This document shows, in pieces, positions 40,919 through 50,545 of a DNA stretch of 64,000 nt (positions within the stretch are counted from its first letter, which is position 1; the number at the start of each line of letters is the position of its first letter). The stretch is taken from NCBI RefSeq assembly GCF_002706765.1, contig NZ_PAJV01000050.1; one strand, written 5' to 3'. Position numbers and translations under genes: made by a program. The stretch comes from Gimesia sp. (GTDB taxonomy: Bacteria > Planctomycetota > Planctomycetia > Planctomycetales > Planctomycetaceae). The notes beneath the pieces were generated by a model. It searched no databases, had not been told where the DNA came from, and was given only the letters and a program-made list of their open reading frames with translations.

Positions 40919-42869
40919 AGCAGCACGTCTACCAAGCAGGAAGGCGATTGATCAAAATCAATGCCGGCGGTCGGTTGCTGTGCGCGCTTCGCGCGCGGGG
41001 ATCTCGCTGATCCTGGTGATGTTTGCTTTAAGTATGTCGCTGGTGTTGACCTACTCATTTATCCAGACCCAAAGCGTACTCATCCAGATCAGCGAGAACA
41101 GCTCCAGACAGGATCTCGCCAGAAATGCAGCCCGGGCTGGTATCAGGGATGCTTTAAACCGATTGAATTCACTGGCATGGACTGGCGTGAACGATCAGTA
41201 TCAGCGCGAGTTTCTGTCTGACTCTGATGGAGACTGCACGTACTCGATTTCCTTCGAAACGATCGGCGGATCCATCGGCTCCGTGCTGGAACTCAATGTC
41301 CACTCGCTGGGCGCCTGGACTTCAGCCACGAACAGCAACATGCGATCGGAATATCAGATCACCGCAAAAATGCGGCTGGTTCCCAGGCTGACAGGTCGCT
41401 CGATTCTGCCTGGCGATTCAGCAACCGCCACGGACCAGATCACAAATCCTGGTGATTACGACCAGATCCGACTATACGCGCTGTTTGCCGAAACCGGCAG
41501 CAGTTCACTCATTCTGGATCCCTGCGATCGCATTGATGGCAACATCTGGCTGTATGACAACCTGGTCCTCTACAATGACCCTGCCTGGAGTTCATCTGTC
41601 AGGGAGGAATTTCTGGAAGACGTGGGAAATCGGTTTGTAACATTTCCGGCAGGTTCGTCTAACCTCTCAGAAACCACCATTTCTTACCCGCATCCGATTG
41701 CAGGATCCGTGACCTATTATGATTACCCTTCCAGCTCAAGCCGAAGTGATTTATCGGACTTGAAACTGCACTGGTCGACATCCAGTAACCGTCTGCGGAT
41801 TCCCAGTACCAATTTTTCTGCATACTCCAGCTATCGCCTGTATGAGGGAGGACCACTCTACCAGGCCGTTTCGCTGAATTCGTCTTTATATAATGTGACA
41901 TTGAAGCCGACACCCGATAACCCGCTGGGCATTTTCTACCGGAGTGGCAGCCTCAATGTTTACGACAACGTCGTGATTCAGGGAACACTGGTCGCGACGT
42001 CAAAAATAACGTTCCATGGCAAAGGCATCCACGTTACCGCATTCAACTGGAAAGGCTCTGACGGCGGACCACTGGTGCACAGTGCCGATCTCTGGCCGAG
42101 ACTGCCATCCGTGGTGGCAGGTAATGTGGAATTTATTCGTGAAACACAGACCACCCTCGAAGGAGCCGTCGTCTGTCAGGGTAACGTGGTCGGAGCCGGC
42201 GGTTCTGTGGATTACCCGAATGTCTCCAACATCACATACACGGGCACGGCCACCGCAGTTTCTGTGGAACAGCCTTCCAGCATCGTCACACTTCGGGAAT
42301 ACCGGCTACTCGATCTGATCTCGGCGAATGGAAAATATGCGATCTGGCTGGAAACCACGGGAACCGGACAAACCGGCGCGACCGGATCCTGGTATCCGAT
42401 CACCGGAGTCGACAATGCACGCCAGCAGGTGACCGTGCGCGGCGAGATCGATATCGCCTCACCCACCGGCTATCAGATCAAACGACACAAGCAGGAATTG
42501 ACACAGATTCGTGGTCCCATTTGCGCTGAAACATTCGATTTTAATCGACTCGATGAATGGGTGCTTTCCAGTTCGTCCTGGTATGACCGTAAAAACAGGT
42601 GGGATTATGAAAACGACCTGCGACGTTATTTTGGTTACTCCGAACTCGGATTCAGTGAGTGGCTGGAGAGCCCTTACAACTTTCCCGGCTGGGGGTCGTA
42701 CTACCAGACCTACGGGCTCAACCTGGAACCGACACTGCATATCCAGCATTTGAAAGATCAGGCCTATCGCTGGGAACCACCGTTATTTCAACCATTTGAT
42801 GGCAGTAATACAAACCCGGAGTTGTCCGGCTATCGCTGGTCACTGATCGACTGGAAAGAAACTCAATAA
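40902..42869 (+). CDS. Large PilX/GspK-like prepilin protein
   Basis: 'RAG|ISLILV' lacking Glu5, as in PilX/GspK; 'ARNAARAGI..AL..L'; long aromatic-rich beta C-terminus. Confidence 0.7.
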   Translation: MHTRHKAARLPSRKAIDQNQCRRSVAVRASRAGISLILVMFALSMSLVLTYSFIQTQSVLIQISENSSRQDLARNAARAGIRDALNRLNSLAWTGVNDQYQREFLSDSDGDCTYSISFETIGGSIGSVLELNVHSLGAWTSATNSNMRSEYQITAKMRLVPRLTGRSILPGDSATATDQITNPGDYDQIRLYALFAETGSSSLILDPCDRIDGNIWLYDNLVLYNDPAWSSSVREEFLEDVGNRFVTFPAGSSNLSETTISYPHPIAGSVTYYDYPSSSSRSDLSDLKLHWSTSSNRLRIPSTNFSAYSSYRLYEGGPLYQAVSLNSSLYNVTLKPTPDNPLGIFYRSGSLNVYDNVVIQGTLVATSKITFHGKGIHVTAFNWKGSDGGPLVHSADLWPRLPSVVAGNVEFIRETQTTLEGAVVCQGNVVGAGGSVDYPNVSNITYTGTATAVSVEQPSSIVTLREYRLLDLISANGKYAIWLETTGTGQTGATGSWYPITGVDNARQQVTVRGEIDIASPTGYQIKRHKQELTQIRGPICAETFDFNRLDEWVLSSSSWYDRKNRWDYENDLRRYFGYSELGFSEWLESPYNFPGWGSYYQTYGLNLEPTLHIQHLKDQAYRWEPPLFQPFDGSNTNPELSGYRWSLIDWKETQ

Positions 42870-42887
42870 TTCTGTTAGTGAAATCTG

Positions 42888-43514
42888 ATGCAACACTTTA
42901 ATCGAAATCATCGGCGGAGCGGCTGGTATTCCTGGAAACGCAGGAGACCCACGGCAAACCTGCGCGCCAACAGAGATGGTTTCACCCTGGTCGAACTGAT
43001 GATTGTCGTGCTGCTGCTTTCCATTCTGGCAACCGTGTCTCTGATCGCAACTGACAGCAGCGGTTCGCTGGCCCTTGATGCCACCGCACGCATGCTGGCA
43101 GCCGATTTGCACCTGGCCCGGAATCATGCCATCAAATTCAACACCGAATACACGGTCGAATTCGATCTGAACGCACAAACTTATGAAATAAAGCACACCG
43201 GATCGGGAGATTTACCAGTTCCCAAAAACAACCTGGCCGGATCTGCCGCCGATTCTGACCGCTACCTCAAACAGATCCAGATCGATTCCCTGAATCTGCC
43301 CGGGCAGGCGGTGCTCAGACAAATTAACTTGAAAACATCCACTTCCGCGGTCACCGATCTGACCTTCGGCCCGATGGGCGGGACAGGTCCTGTTCGCAAT
43401 GAAGATACCGTTCTGATGCTAACCACACAAAAAAATGGAAATACGTTTTATATTCTGATCACCGTTTCCTGGGTTACAGGCCAGGCATGGGTTGATGAGA
43501 TTCAGACTTTATAA
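42888..43514 (+). CDS. Prepilin-type FimT/GspH-like protein
   Basis: 'RDG|FTLVELMIVV'; 'LHLARNHAI'. Confidence 0.88.
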   Translation: MQHFNRNHRRSGWYSWKRRRPTANLRANRDGFTLVELMIVVLLLSILATVSLIATDSSGSLALDATARMLAADLHLARNHAIKFNTEYTVEFDLNAQTYEIKHTGSGDLPVPKNNLAGSAADSDRYLKQIQIDSLNLPGQAVLRQINLKTSTSAVTDLTFGPMGGTGPVRNEDTVLMLTTQKNGNTFYILITVSWVTGQAWVDEIQTL

Positions 43515-43551
43515 CACCGACGAGACATTCCCTGAACACGAAACAGAAATC

Positions 43552-44622
43552 ATGATCTCCATTAAACAATCAAAATACAGCCCCATCGGTTTACAGCTGG
43601 GACCGAATTCCGCAACCCTCGTGCAACTGACCGGACCGCGCAATAATCGCGTCGTGCATGCGATTGCGCAGGAACAGTTTGACTTCGACGATAAACTGAC
43701 ACTCGACGAACGTGATGCGAAAACCGCGGCCGAACTCCGCCGCATTCTTTCTGATCACCATTTTAAAGGTCGTCGGGTCATCAGCTGTCTGGGATCACAG
43801 GAACTGTTCATCCAGAATATTCGATTACCACAGCTGCCGGCAGAAGAACTCACCAAAGTCGTTGCCTGGGAAGCAGATGAAAGACTGCCTTATCCGGTGG
43901 CCGACGCGGAAATACGTCATCTGCCCGCAGGTCAGGTCAAACTGGAAGCCAATACGAAACAGGAAGTGATCCTTATGGCCTGCCACAATGGAATCCTGGA
44001 GCGTCATCTGAATCTGTTGGAGCAGGCCGGCTTAAACGCGGTTGCCATTGATGTGGAACCTTCGGCCACGCTGCGATGTTTTCATGATGGTGCCCGGGGA
44101 GCACATTCCAACTCTGCCAACTGCTACCTGAATTTTGGCGAAGCGGCCACTACGGTTATTTTTGCAGATCAGCAGAATATGCTGTTTCTGAAATATATCA
44201 TGCAGGGCAGTAATCACCTCGATCGCGCTGTTGCTGATAACCTGGATCTGCCTCTCTCGGAAGCAATTCGCATGCGAAATATTGTCACCAATTCCACTTC
44301 GCTGGATGCCAGTGATGAATTACACCGCTCTGTGATTGATTCCATTCGCTCGCTGCTGGAATCGATCAGCACCGAAATTGAAAACTGTCTGCGGTACTAC
44401 AAAGTGACCTTCCGTGGAAAAAAGCTGAATCAGTTGATCGTCACAGGCAATGAATGCAGTCCCTGGCTGATCGACTTCCTTTCAGAACGATTGAATACCG
44501 ATTGCGAAATGGGCAATCCCTTTGAAAGCCTGAAACGCTGGCCCACTTCCACATCCATTCTGGAACGACCCGGCAGATGGACCACAGCCTTAGGCCTGGC
44601 CATGAAAGAGAAAACCATTTAG
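43552..44622 (+). CDS. pilM: Type IV pilus alignment protein PilM
   Basis: 'PIGLQLG', actin-like fold, 'IDVEP', 'LNFGE..T', 'RYY', 'NPF', 'ALGLAMK'. Confidence 0.88.
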   Translation: MISIKQSKYSPIGLQLGPNSATLVQLTGPRNNRVVHAIAQEQFDFDDKLTLDERDAKTAAELRRILSDHHFKGRRVISCLGSQELFIQNIRLPQLPAEELTKVVAWEADERLPYPVADAEIRHLPAGQVKLEANTKQEVILMACHNGILERHLNLLEQAGLNAVAIDVEPSATLRCFHDGARGAHSNSANCYLNFGEAATTVIFADQQNMLFLKYIMQGSNHLDRAVADNLDLPLSEAIRMRNIVTNSTSLDASDELHRSVIDSIRSLLESISTEIENCLRYYKVTFRGKKLNQLIVTGNECSPWLIDFLSERLNTDCEMGNPFESLKRWPTSTSILERPGRWTTALGLAMKEKTI

Positions 44623-44714
44623 AGACCAAAGCAGAACAATACAACAGACATCCAGATTAAATCACTCGGATGCGACATCCCACCATCCGAAAAGAACCCG
44701 TTAAGGGCGAGAAT

Positions 44715-45455
44715 ATGATACCCGAAATCGATTTTTTACCAGCCAGTTATCGCGAGGTCAGAAGGCGGCATCGAAACCGCATCTGGCGCAGAACGATTGT
44801 CATGGTCTTTCTGACTCTGGTCACCTTGAGTACCGTGCGCCAGCGCGAAATTCAACATCAGCTTCAGACGAAAAAAGAAGCTTTGGAAAAACGTGCGCAG
44901 TTGATGAATGAACAACTCGAAGATCCAACTCAAATCATGCAGCAGATTCAACAGGCGGAAATTCGCGCAGACCTGCTGGCGGGCCTGCTACTCGACGAAT
45001 CACCGGCACAGGTGCTGAATATGATCAGTCACGCCTTACCCGAATACGTTTCGCTGAACGAATTCCAGTTCACATTTGAAAAAACCATCGTCAAAGTAGA
45101 GGCACGCCCTAAAAAAAGCCCCTCGCAAAAAGAGGAAACCGAACTGCCGGAACTGGTCGACCTGAAACAGCTGCAGACGCTGCACACCCGGCAAAACCTG
45201 GTGGTCACTCTGCAGGGAATTTCACCCGATCACCTCTCTATCTCTCGCTACATGTCAAACCTGGATCAGATGGGCGTCTTCAGGGAAATCGACCTGGTTC
45301 AATCGAATGAAACCCTGTTCGAAGGACAACCCCTGCGGGTGTTTCGACTCCGAATCGTTGTGAATGCTCCTGGCATGTATGTACCTCAAATTGATTCGCA
45401 TTATACCGCCGGGCTCGATCGCTGGATCACGGCAGGAGGCTTATTCCATGAATGA
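44715..45455 (+). CDS. pilN: PilN-like protein
   Basis: 'EIDFLP' (INLLP-like PilM-binding motif), TM, coiled coil, ferredoxin-like domain. Confidence 0.8.
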   Translation: MIPEIDFLPASYREVRRRHRNRIWRRTIVMVFLTLVTLSTVRQREIQHQLQTKKEALEKRAQLMNEQLEDPTQIMQQIQQAEIRADLLAGLLLDESPAQVLNMISHALPEYVSLNEFQFTFEKTIVKVEARPKKSPSQKEETELPELVDLKQLQTLHTRQNLVVTLQGISPDHLSISRYMSNLDQMGVFREIDLVQSNETLFEGQPLRVFRLRIVVNAPGMYVPQIDSHYTAGLDRWITAGGLFHE

Positions 45456-46056
45456 TAAATTACGTCGTGACAGCTTAGTCACCATCATCGGGCTTTCCAT
45501 CGTTGTCGCTCTGTTTACTTTTGTCGTTTATTTACCCGGCTTGAAAAGTAAGCAGCAGTTGAACCAGGAAATCGAAACGTATCATCAGAAAATTTCTGCC
45601 ATTCCAGACAAAGTGAAACAACTGGAGGATTTGCATACGCAACTGGATCAGCGTATCGCCTTTATCGATCGGCTCCGTCAGAGAATTCCCGCCGGTAAAG
45701 ACTCACATCAGGTTCTGCAACGTATCGCATTGCTGGCAAAAACGGCTTCGCTCACCGTCTCAGAACTGAATCCAGGCGAGCTGGAAGAACATGCCACGTA
45801 TTTCAGGCAACCCTTTCAATTAAGTATCACGGGTTCCTATTCGGGGCTCCTGCAGTTTTTGAACGATCTGGACAAGGAACAGCGCCTGTTTACCATCAAC
45901 CAGGTCTCTGTCACTCAGCAAGACGGGGGTTCTGCGGGACTTATCAAGGGAAACATCAACCTGTCGGTTTACGCATTACACGAAAATCAGAGGGATTATT
46001 CTGATTTTTCCGAAAATAGGGTTAGTAAGACGTTTCTTTCGGCCGATAAGAGATAA
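45448..46056 (+). CDS. pilO: PilO-like protein
   Basis: TM, coiled coil, 'IP', 'PFQLSITGSYSGLLQFL..L...RL'. Confidence 0.85.
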   Translation: MNDKLRRDSLVTIIGLSIVVALFTFVVYLPGLKSKQQLNQEIETYHQKISAIPDKVKQLEDLHTQLDQRIAFIDRLRQRIPAGKDSHQVLQRIALLAKTASLTVSELNPGELEEHATYFRQPFQLSITGSYSGLLQFLNDLDKEQRLFTINQVSVTQQDGGSAGLIKGNINLSVYALHENQRDYSDFSENRVSKTFLSADKR

Positions 46057-46164
46057 GGGTGCACTCTGATTCAAGTTGCTCTCAGACTGTTCCTCGTGAA
46101 AAAACAGTTTAGACCAGTTGATGTAACTTGTGGTCTTTCCGGGATTTAAAGTGGTGATTCACGC

Positions 46165-46821
46165 GTGAAAACTTTCAGTGAACAACTTATACACGATTTA
46201 AAAGTGAGCTGGCAGAAGACGCTTGTATTGAGTCTGCTGCTGGTGGTGGGGATGTATTTCTGGATCCCTCCGCTTTATCGTGCCATTCGAGGGAGCTCGA
46301 GTGCGGCAGTTGCTTCAGCCAAAACAGCCGCGAAAGAAATTCCTCCGCGCCCTCCCGTGAAAACAGAAATGAGTTTTGCCCAGAGCGAAACGGTAGAGGA
46401 TGCACGTCATTCCTGGGAGAAATTTGATTCGTTAATGCAGACGGATCCGCTCGTACAGTCGGTTCAGATGGGAGCGATTCAGAAAAATCCGTTTGAGGTC
46501 AACCGCGATCAGTTTTCGCCTCCCATTCTGTTTGCTGAAGAATCCACGGGACCCCTTGAGGATGCAGAGAAAAACAAACCGGAACCAGCGCCGGTACTGC
46601 CCGAAGATCTGGTATTGAAAACCACGATCATCGGAAAGACTCGTAGAGCCGCAATTATCAATAATAAATTGTACTACGAAGGCAAATCCTTTGAGCATAA
46701 CGAGTCGACTTACATTCTGGAGCAGGTCGCTGCACGAAATGTAATTTTGAGCCAGGGTACTTACAGGTTTGAATTAAAAATTCAAAATGACCCTTCCGCC
46801 TTTATTAAATATGAACAATAA
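46165..46821 (+). CDS. PilP/GspC-position hypothetical protein
   Basis: TM anchor, 'KNPF', C-terminal 'LKTTIIG..RRAAIINNKLY..G' beta domain; lies between PilO and the secretin. Confidence 0.65.
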   Translation: MKTFSEQLIHDLKVSWQKTLVLSLLLVVGMYFWIPPLYRAIRGSSSAAVASAKTAAKEIPPRPPVKTEMSFAQSETVEDARHSWEKFDSLMQTDPLVQSVQMGAIQKNPFEVNRDQFSPPILFAEESTGPLEDAEKNKPEPAPVLPEDLVLKTTIIGKTRRAAIINNKLYYEGKSFEHNESTYILEQVAARNVILSQGTYRFELKIQNDPSAFIKYEQ

Positions 46822-46862
46822 CAGTTCGCATCACTGGCTGCTTTAGACTGATTCGAACGATC

Positions 46863-49253
46863 ATGGATGATGGTCGAAACATGAACAGACAATTTTTTCT
46901 ACCGGCTTTCTGGGCGACTTTAACAGGGCTGTCACTGCTGCTGATTGCTGCCATGACAAATGTCACAACGCCTCAGTCTCTGTTTATTGCGCCGCAACAC
47001 TCTGTAAATTCACCACAGAATGTTTCTGAGAACAGGCCCACTGACCCGCCATCGACAGCCGTTTCCGTCCAGCCTGAAACCACCATTACGACAGTCTCTC
47101 CCAGTCCTGCTGTACCCAAGCAGAGTCTCACTCAAACTGCAGAATCACACCCACACGTCGAACCGGCAGTCCTGCCGGCGAAAACAGAAACCAGGACTGT
47201 TTCGCTTACAAAACAACCTGAAAAACAACCCGCGCGTTCACGACTGCTGGTCGAACCCGGTATCGAAATTTCCTCGATCCCGGACAGCAGTCTCGCAGCG
47301 CGCTCCATCAAATTCAACATCGCCAGCGATGACGAACTGGCTGACGCGCGACCGGCTCCCTCAAAAATGGAACTCCGTCTGGCCAGTCTGACAAAGCAGG
47401 TCGATCGGCTGACCAACCTGCAGCTGCAGTCACAACAGCAGTCCAACATGGAACTGGCTCAGAATACGGATCGCCTCGAAGAGGCTACGAAACTGCTGCA
47501 ACAGATGCAGCAGATGAATCAGCTGCGGGATCTGGAACGTAAACTGGACGGCATGCAAAGCAAAGATCCGGGCGCTCCCGCAGAAAAGAAAGCGGAAACG
47601 CCCGTCATCGAAGCTCCTGCAGCAGAACCTGCCGACTCGACTAAGAAAAAACCGCTGCTGAAAATCAGCCCCAATCATGATCAAGGCGAAACATTCTCAC
47701 TTCAGATTCAGGATGCCGAAATCATGCAGGTCCTGGATATGCTGGGAGAACTTTCCGGAATGAATATCCTGACCGGGCAGGGCGTTACAGGCACGATTTC
47801 AGCCAACCTGAAAAATGTCACCCCGGCTCAGGCGCTGGATGCCATTCTGCGTTCTCGTGATTTAGCCTTTGAAAAAGAGGGAGAATTCGTATATGTGATG
47901 ACCCAGGCACAGCTGGAGCAGAAAAAGAAATCCAGCCGCAAAGTCGTCACCAAGCTTTACAGCCCCTTTTATATCAGTGCGAAAGAATTACAGAATCTGA
48001 TCACGCCGATCCTGACGGAAAATATCGGCATCGTTTCATTGACGTCGCCCAGTGAGGTCGGCATCGCACCGGATCCCACCAGCGCAGGTGGCGACTCCTA
48101 TGCCCAGACAGACTCGATTCTTGTACGCGATTATCCGGAAATTCTGGAAGAGGTCGATCGTCTGCTGGAAAAGATGGATATTCCTCCGATGCAGGTGGTG
48201 ATCGAAGCGATGATTCTCAGCGTCACCCTGAACGACGATATGAAATTCGGCGTGAATTTTGCCATGCTGGGCGACAGCAACAAAAGTCTGCTCGTCGATG
48301 GAAACGGAAATACGCTCAATAATTCCAGCGGGTTTCCCGGCTCGGGTTCTACGTCAATCGTACCACCTACCGGACAGTTTATTGCTGATCTGGCAGGCCT
48401 GAAATACGGCTTCCTGCACGGAGATATCAGCGGTTTTATTGAAGCGCTGGAGGATGTGACGGAGACCAATCTGATCGCGTCACCACAACTGCGGGCATTA
48501 AATAAACAGAAAGCCGAGCTGATTATTGGTGACCGTACGAGTTATTCCACAGTCACCCAAAACGGGAACACATCCATTCAGAACGTCAACTTTCTGGACT
48601 CGGGGATTGTATTAAACCTGCGGCCATTTATTACTCCCGATGGTCAGATCCGCATGGAAGTGCACCCGGAACGCAGCTCTGCCAGGATCAACCCCAGTAC
48701 CAATCTACCTGACCTGCAAACTACCGAGGTCACAACCAACGTTATGGTCCGCGATGGACATACCGTTGTCATCGGCGGCCTGATCGAGGAACGTGTCTCA
48801 AACACTCGGAACCAGGTTCCGTTCCTTGGCGCAATTCCTGTCATCGGCAATGCGTTTCGGCATCAGCGTGAAATCAACACTCGCAACGAATTAATCGTGT
48901 TAATCACACCGCGAATCGTTCGAGAAGAACCCGCGCGGATCGAAGGGGAAATACTGGAACACGAAGGAGCCGAACGCCTCGATAACTTCAAGGAGAGCTT
49001 CCTGCCCATCAATCAGGTACGCATCGTGCAGTCACACATTGACCGGGCAAAGAAATACCTGCGAATCGGGAATCTGCCCAAAGCAAAAGAACAGATCAAA
49101 ATTGCCGTTCGTCTCGACAAAAACAATATCGAAGCCATTCAGCTGAAAAACTACATCGAACAGGCGTTGATCAATCGAAATCGGGAAATGCTCGGGTTAC
49201 CGCCCGTCTCTGGTCCGGAAGTTCATGCTCCCACTCTGGAAGGAGCCCCCTGA
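46863..49253 (+). CDS. Secretin (PilQ/GspD family) with long N-terminal extension
   Basis: STN/N domains; 'QVVIEAMIL', 'LIASPQL', 'GIVLNLRP', 'VVIGGLI', 'VPFLGAIPVIGNAF', 'ELIVLITPRIV'. Confidence 0.95.
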   Translation: MDDGRNMNRQFFLPAFWATLTGLSLLLIAAMTNVTTPQSLFIAPQHSVNSPQNVSENRPTDPPSTAVSVQPETTITTVSPSPAVPKQSLTQTAESHPHVEPAVLPAKTETRTVSLTKQPEKQPARSRLLVEPGIEISSIPDSSLAARSIKFNIASDDELADARPAPSKMELRLASLTKQVDRLTNLQLQSQQQSNMELAQNTDRLEEATKLLQQMQQMNQLRDLERKLDGMQSKDPGAPAEKKAETPVIEAPAAEPADSTKKKPLLKISPNHDQGETFSLQIQDAEIMQVLDMLGELSGMNILTGQGVTGTISANLKNVTPAQALDAILRSRDLAFEKEGEFVYVMTQAQLEQKKKSSRKVVTKLYSPFYISAKELQNLITPILTENIGIVSLTSPSEVGIAPDPTSAGGDSYAQTDSILVRDYPEILEEVDRLLEKMDIPPMQVVIEAMILSVTLNDDMKFGVNFAMLGDSNKSLLVDGNGNTLNNSSGFPGSGSTSIVPPTGQFIADLAGLKYGFLHGDISGFIEALEDVTETNLIASPQLRALNKQKAELIIGDRTSYSTVTQNGNTSIQNVNFLDSGIVLNLRPFITPDGQIRMEVHPERSSARINPSTNLPDLQTTEVTTNVMVRDGHTVVIGGLIEERVSNTRNQVPFLGAIPVIGNAFRHQREINTRNELIVLITPRIVREEPARIEGEILEHEGAERLDNFKESFLPINQVRIVQSHIDRAKKYLRIGNLPKAKEQIKIAVRLDKNNIEAIQLKNYIEQALINRNREMLGLPPVSGPEVHAPTLEGAP

Positions 49254-49255
49254 GC

Positions 49256-50335
49256 ATGGTTCGACGTCACTGCAGGCTCTCCCAATATCTTGGAATGATC
49301 TGCTGCACAGCGGGGCTGTTGTGTTGTGGCTGTCAGAACGTGCCGGTCTCCAGTCTGGAATTTCTGCCGGAAGTGGGTTCTATCCAGAAAGCGGCAGAAC
49401 CGCTGGACCAGGAACCTGTTCAAAGCCAGTCCGCTTCGCCTTACAACAGGCAGGCAAACAATCTCGTACAGCAGGCGCTCGAACAATATTCGCAGGGAGA
49501 ACTGAAACGCGCCAAAGTGCTGCTGGCCTCGGCGCGGGAAATCGATCCCGGACATATCGGCACCTTTGAAATCGAAGCCCAGCTTTCATATGACATGGGA
49601 GACCGTGACCAGTTCCTGCAGTCGTTGCGGTCCATTCGGGCAGCCAGTCCTCATGATTCTGAAAAGCAGAGTGCCATCGGAACCTTGTTCTTTCAGGCGG
49701 GGCAGACCCAGGAAGGGATCGCCTGTCTGAATCGTGCGATCGAATTAAAACCGCATGACGAAAACTATGCCCTCAAACTGGCCGCCTTTTATGAACAGGC
49801 AGGCAGGACGGAGGAAGCTCAAAAAGTCCTGTTGAAAGCACTCCACACGACTCCCGGAAGTCGCCGCTTACCGATTGCCCTGGGGCGGATCTGTGAAGCC
49901 AGTCAGCAGTGGAAACAGGCCTGCGTCTATTACACCATGGTCGTCAATCATTTCCCCGACAACCATGTCTGGCGAAAACAGAAGGCACGTTGCCTGTATT
50001 ATTCGGGTAACTTCACAGCAGCTTTCGATGAGTTCTCCACCTGCCAGAAAAAAGATCCCGAATCGTTGTCACTGGCAGAAATGATTGCGTTTGGCGACGC
50101 TGCTTTGCAGATTGGCAACCTGGAAAAAGCACAAACGCTGTTTGATGAAATTTCAGAGAAACATCAGCACCAGTTAATCCATGTAGAAATATTACGCGGA
50201 TTATGCGCAATAAACCGGGGCCAGAGTACCAGCGCAAAAGACATTATCGCTACAGCCCGTAAAAAATGGCCGACCGACGAGACCCTGCTGGAAGTCGCTG
50301 CTTTAATTCCGACAGACCAGCCCTCTGTTCGGTAA
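49256..50335 (+). CDS. TPR lipoprotein (pilotin-like position)
   Basis: Cys-rich lipobox 'CCG|C' followed by multiple TPR motifs; directly downstream of the secretin. Confidence 0.8.
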   Translation: MVRRHCRLSQYLGMICCTAGLLCCGCQNVPVSSLEFLPEVGSIQKAAEPLDQEPVQSQSASPYNRQANNLVQQALEQYSQGELKRAKVLLASAREIDPGHIGTFEIEAQLSYDMGDRDQFLQSLRSIRAASPHDSEKQSAIGTLFFQAGQTQEGIACLNRAIELKPHDENYALKLAAFYEQAGRTEEAQKVLLKALHTTPGSRRLPIALGRICEASQQWKQACVYYTMVVNHFPDNHVWRKQKARCLYYSGNFTAAFDEFSTCQKKDPESLSLAEMIAFGDAALQIGNLEKAQTLFDEISEKHQHQLIHVEILRGLCAINRGQSTSAKDIIATARKKWPTDETLLEVAALIPTDQPSVR

Positions 50336-50343
50336 CCTCGCTA

Positions 50344-50359
50344 TGTGACCGCATTTACA
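50344..50359 (+). promoter_or_regulatory. Putative Crp/Fnr-type site upstream of the kinase-RR-DGC module
   Basis: TGTGA-ccgcat-TTACA (9/10 match); adjacent palindrome ATGTG-ccaat-CACAT (50367-50381). Confidence 0.4.
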
Positions 50360-50545
50360 CATATTCATGTGCCAATCACATTCTCGATTCCGAAATTGGA
50401 CAATCGGCAGATTGTAACCTAGATTTAAAAAGTGAGTTACCTCCCTGATGCGCGTGTTGCTATCGGGGAAGTACAACTCGTCTCGGAACTTTTAATGTGA
50501 AACACGTTTTTCAGTAGAATCCATTCGACTGAGAAAGAACCGGCT

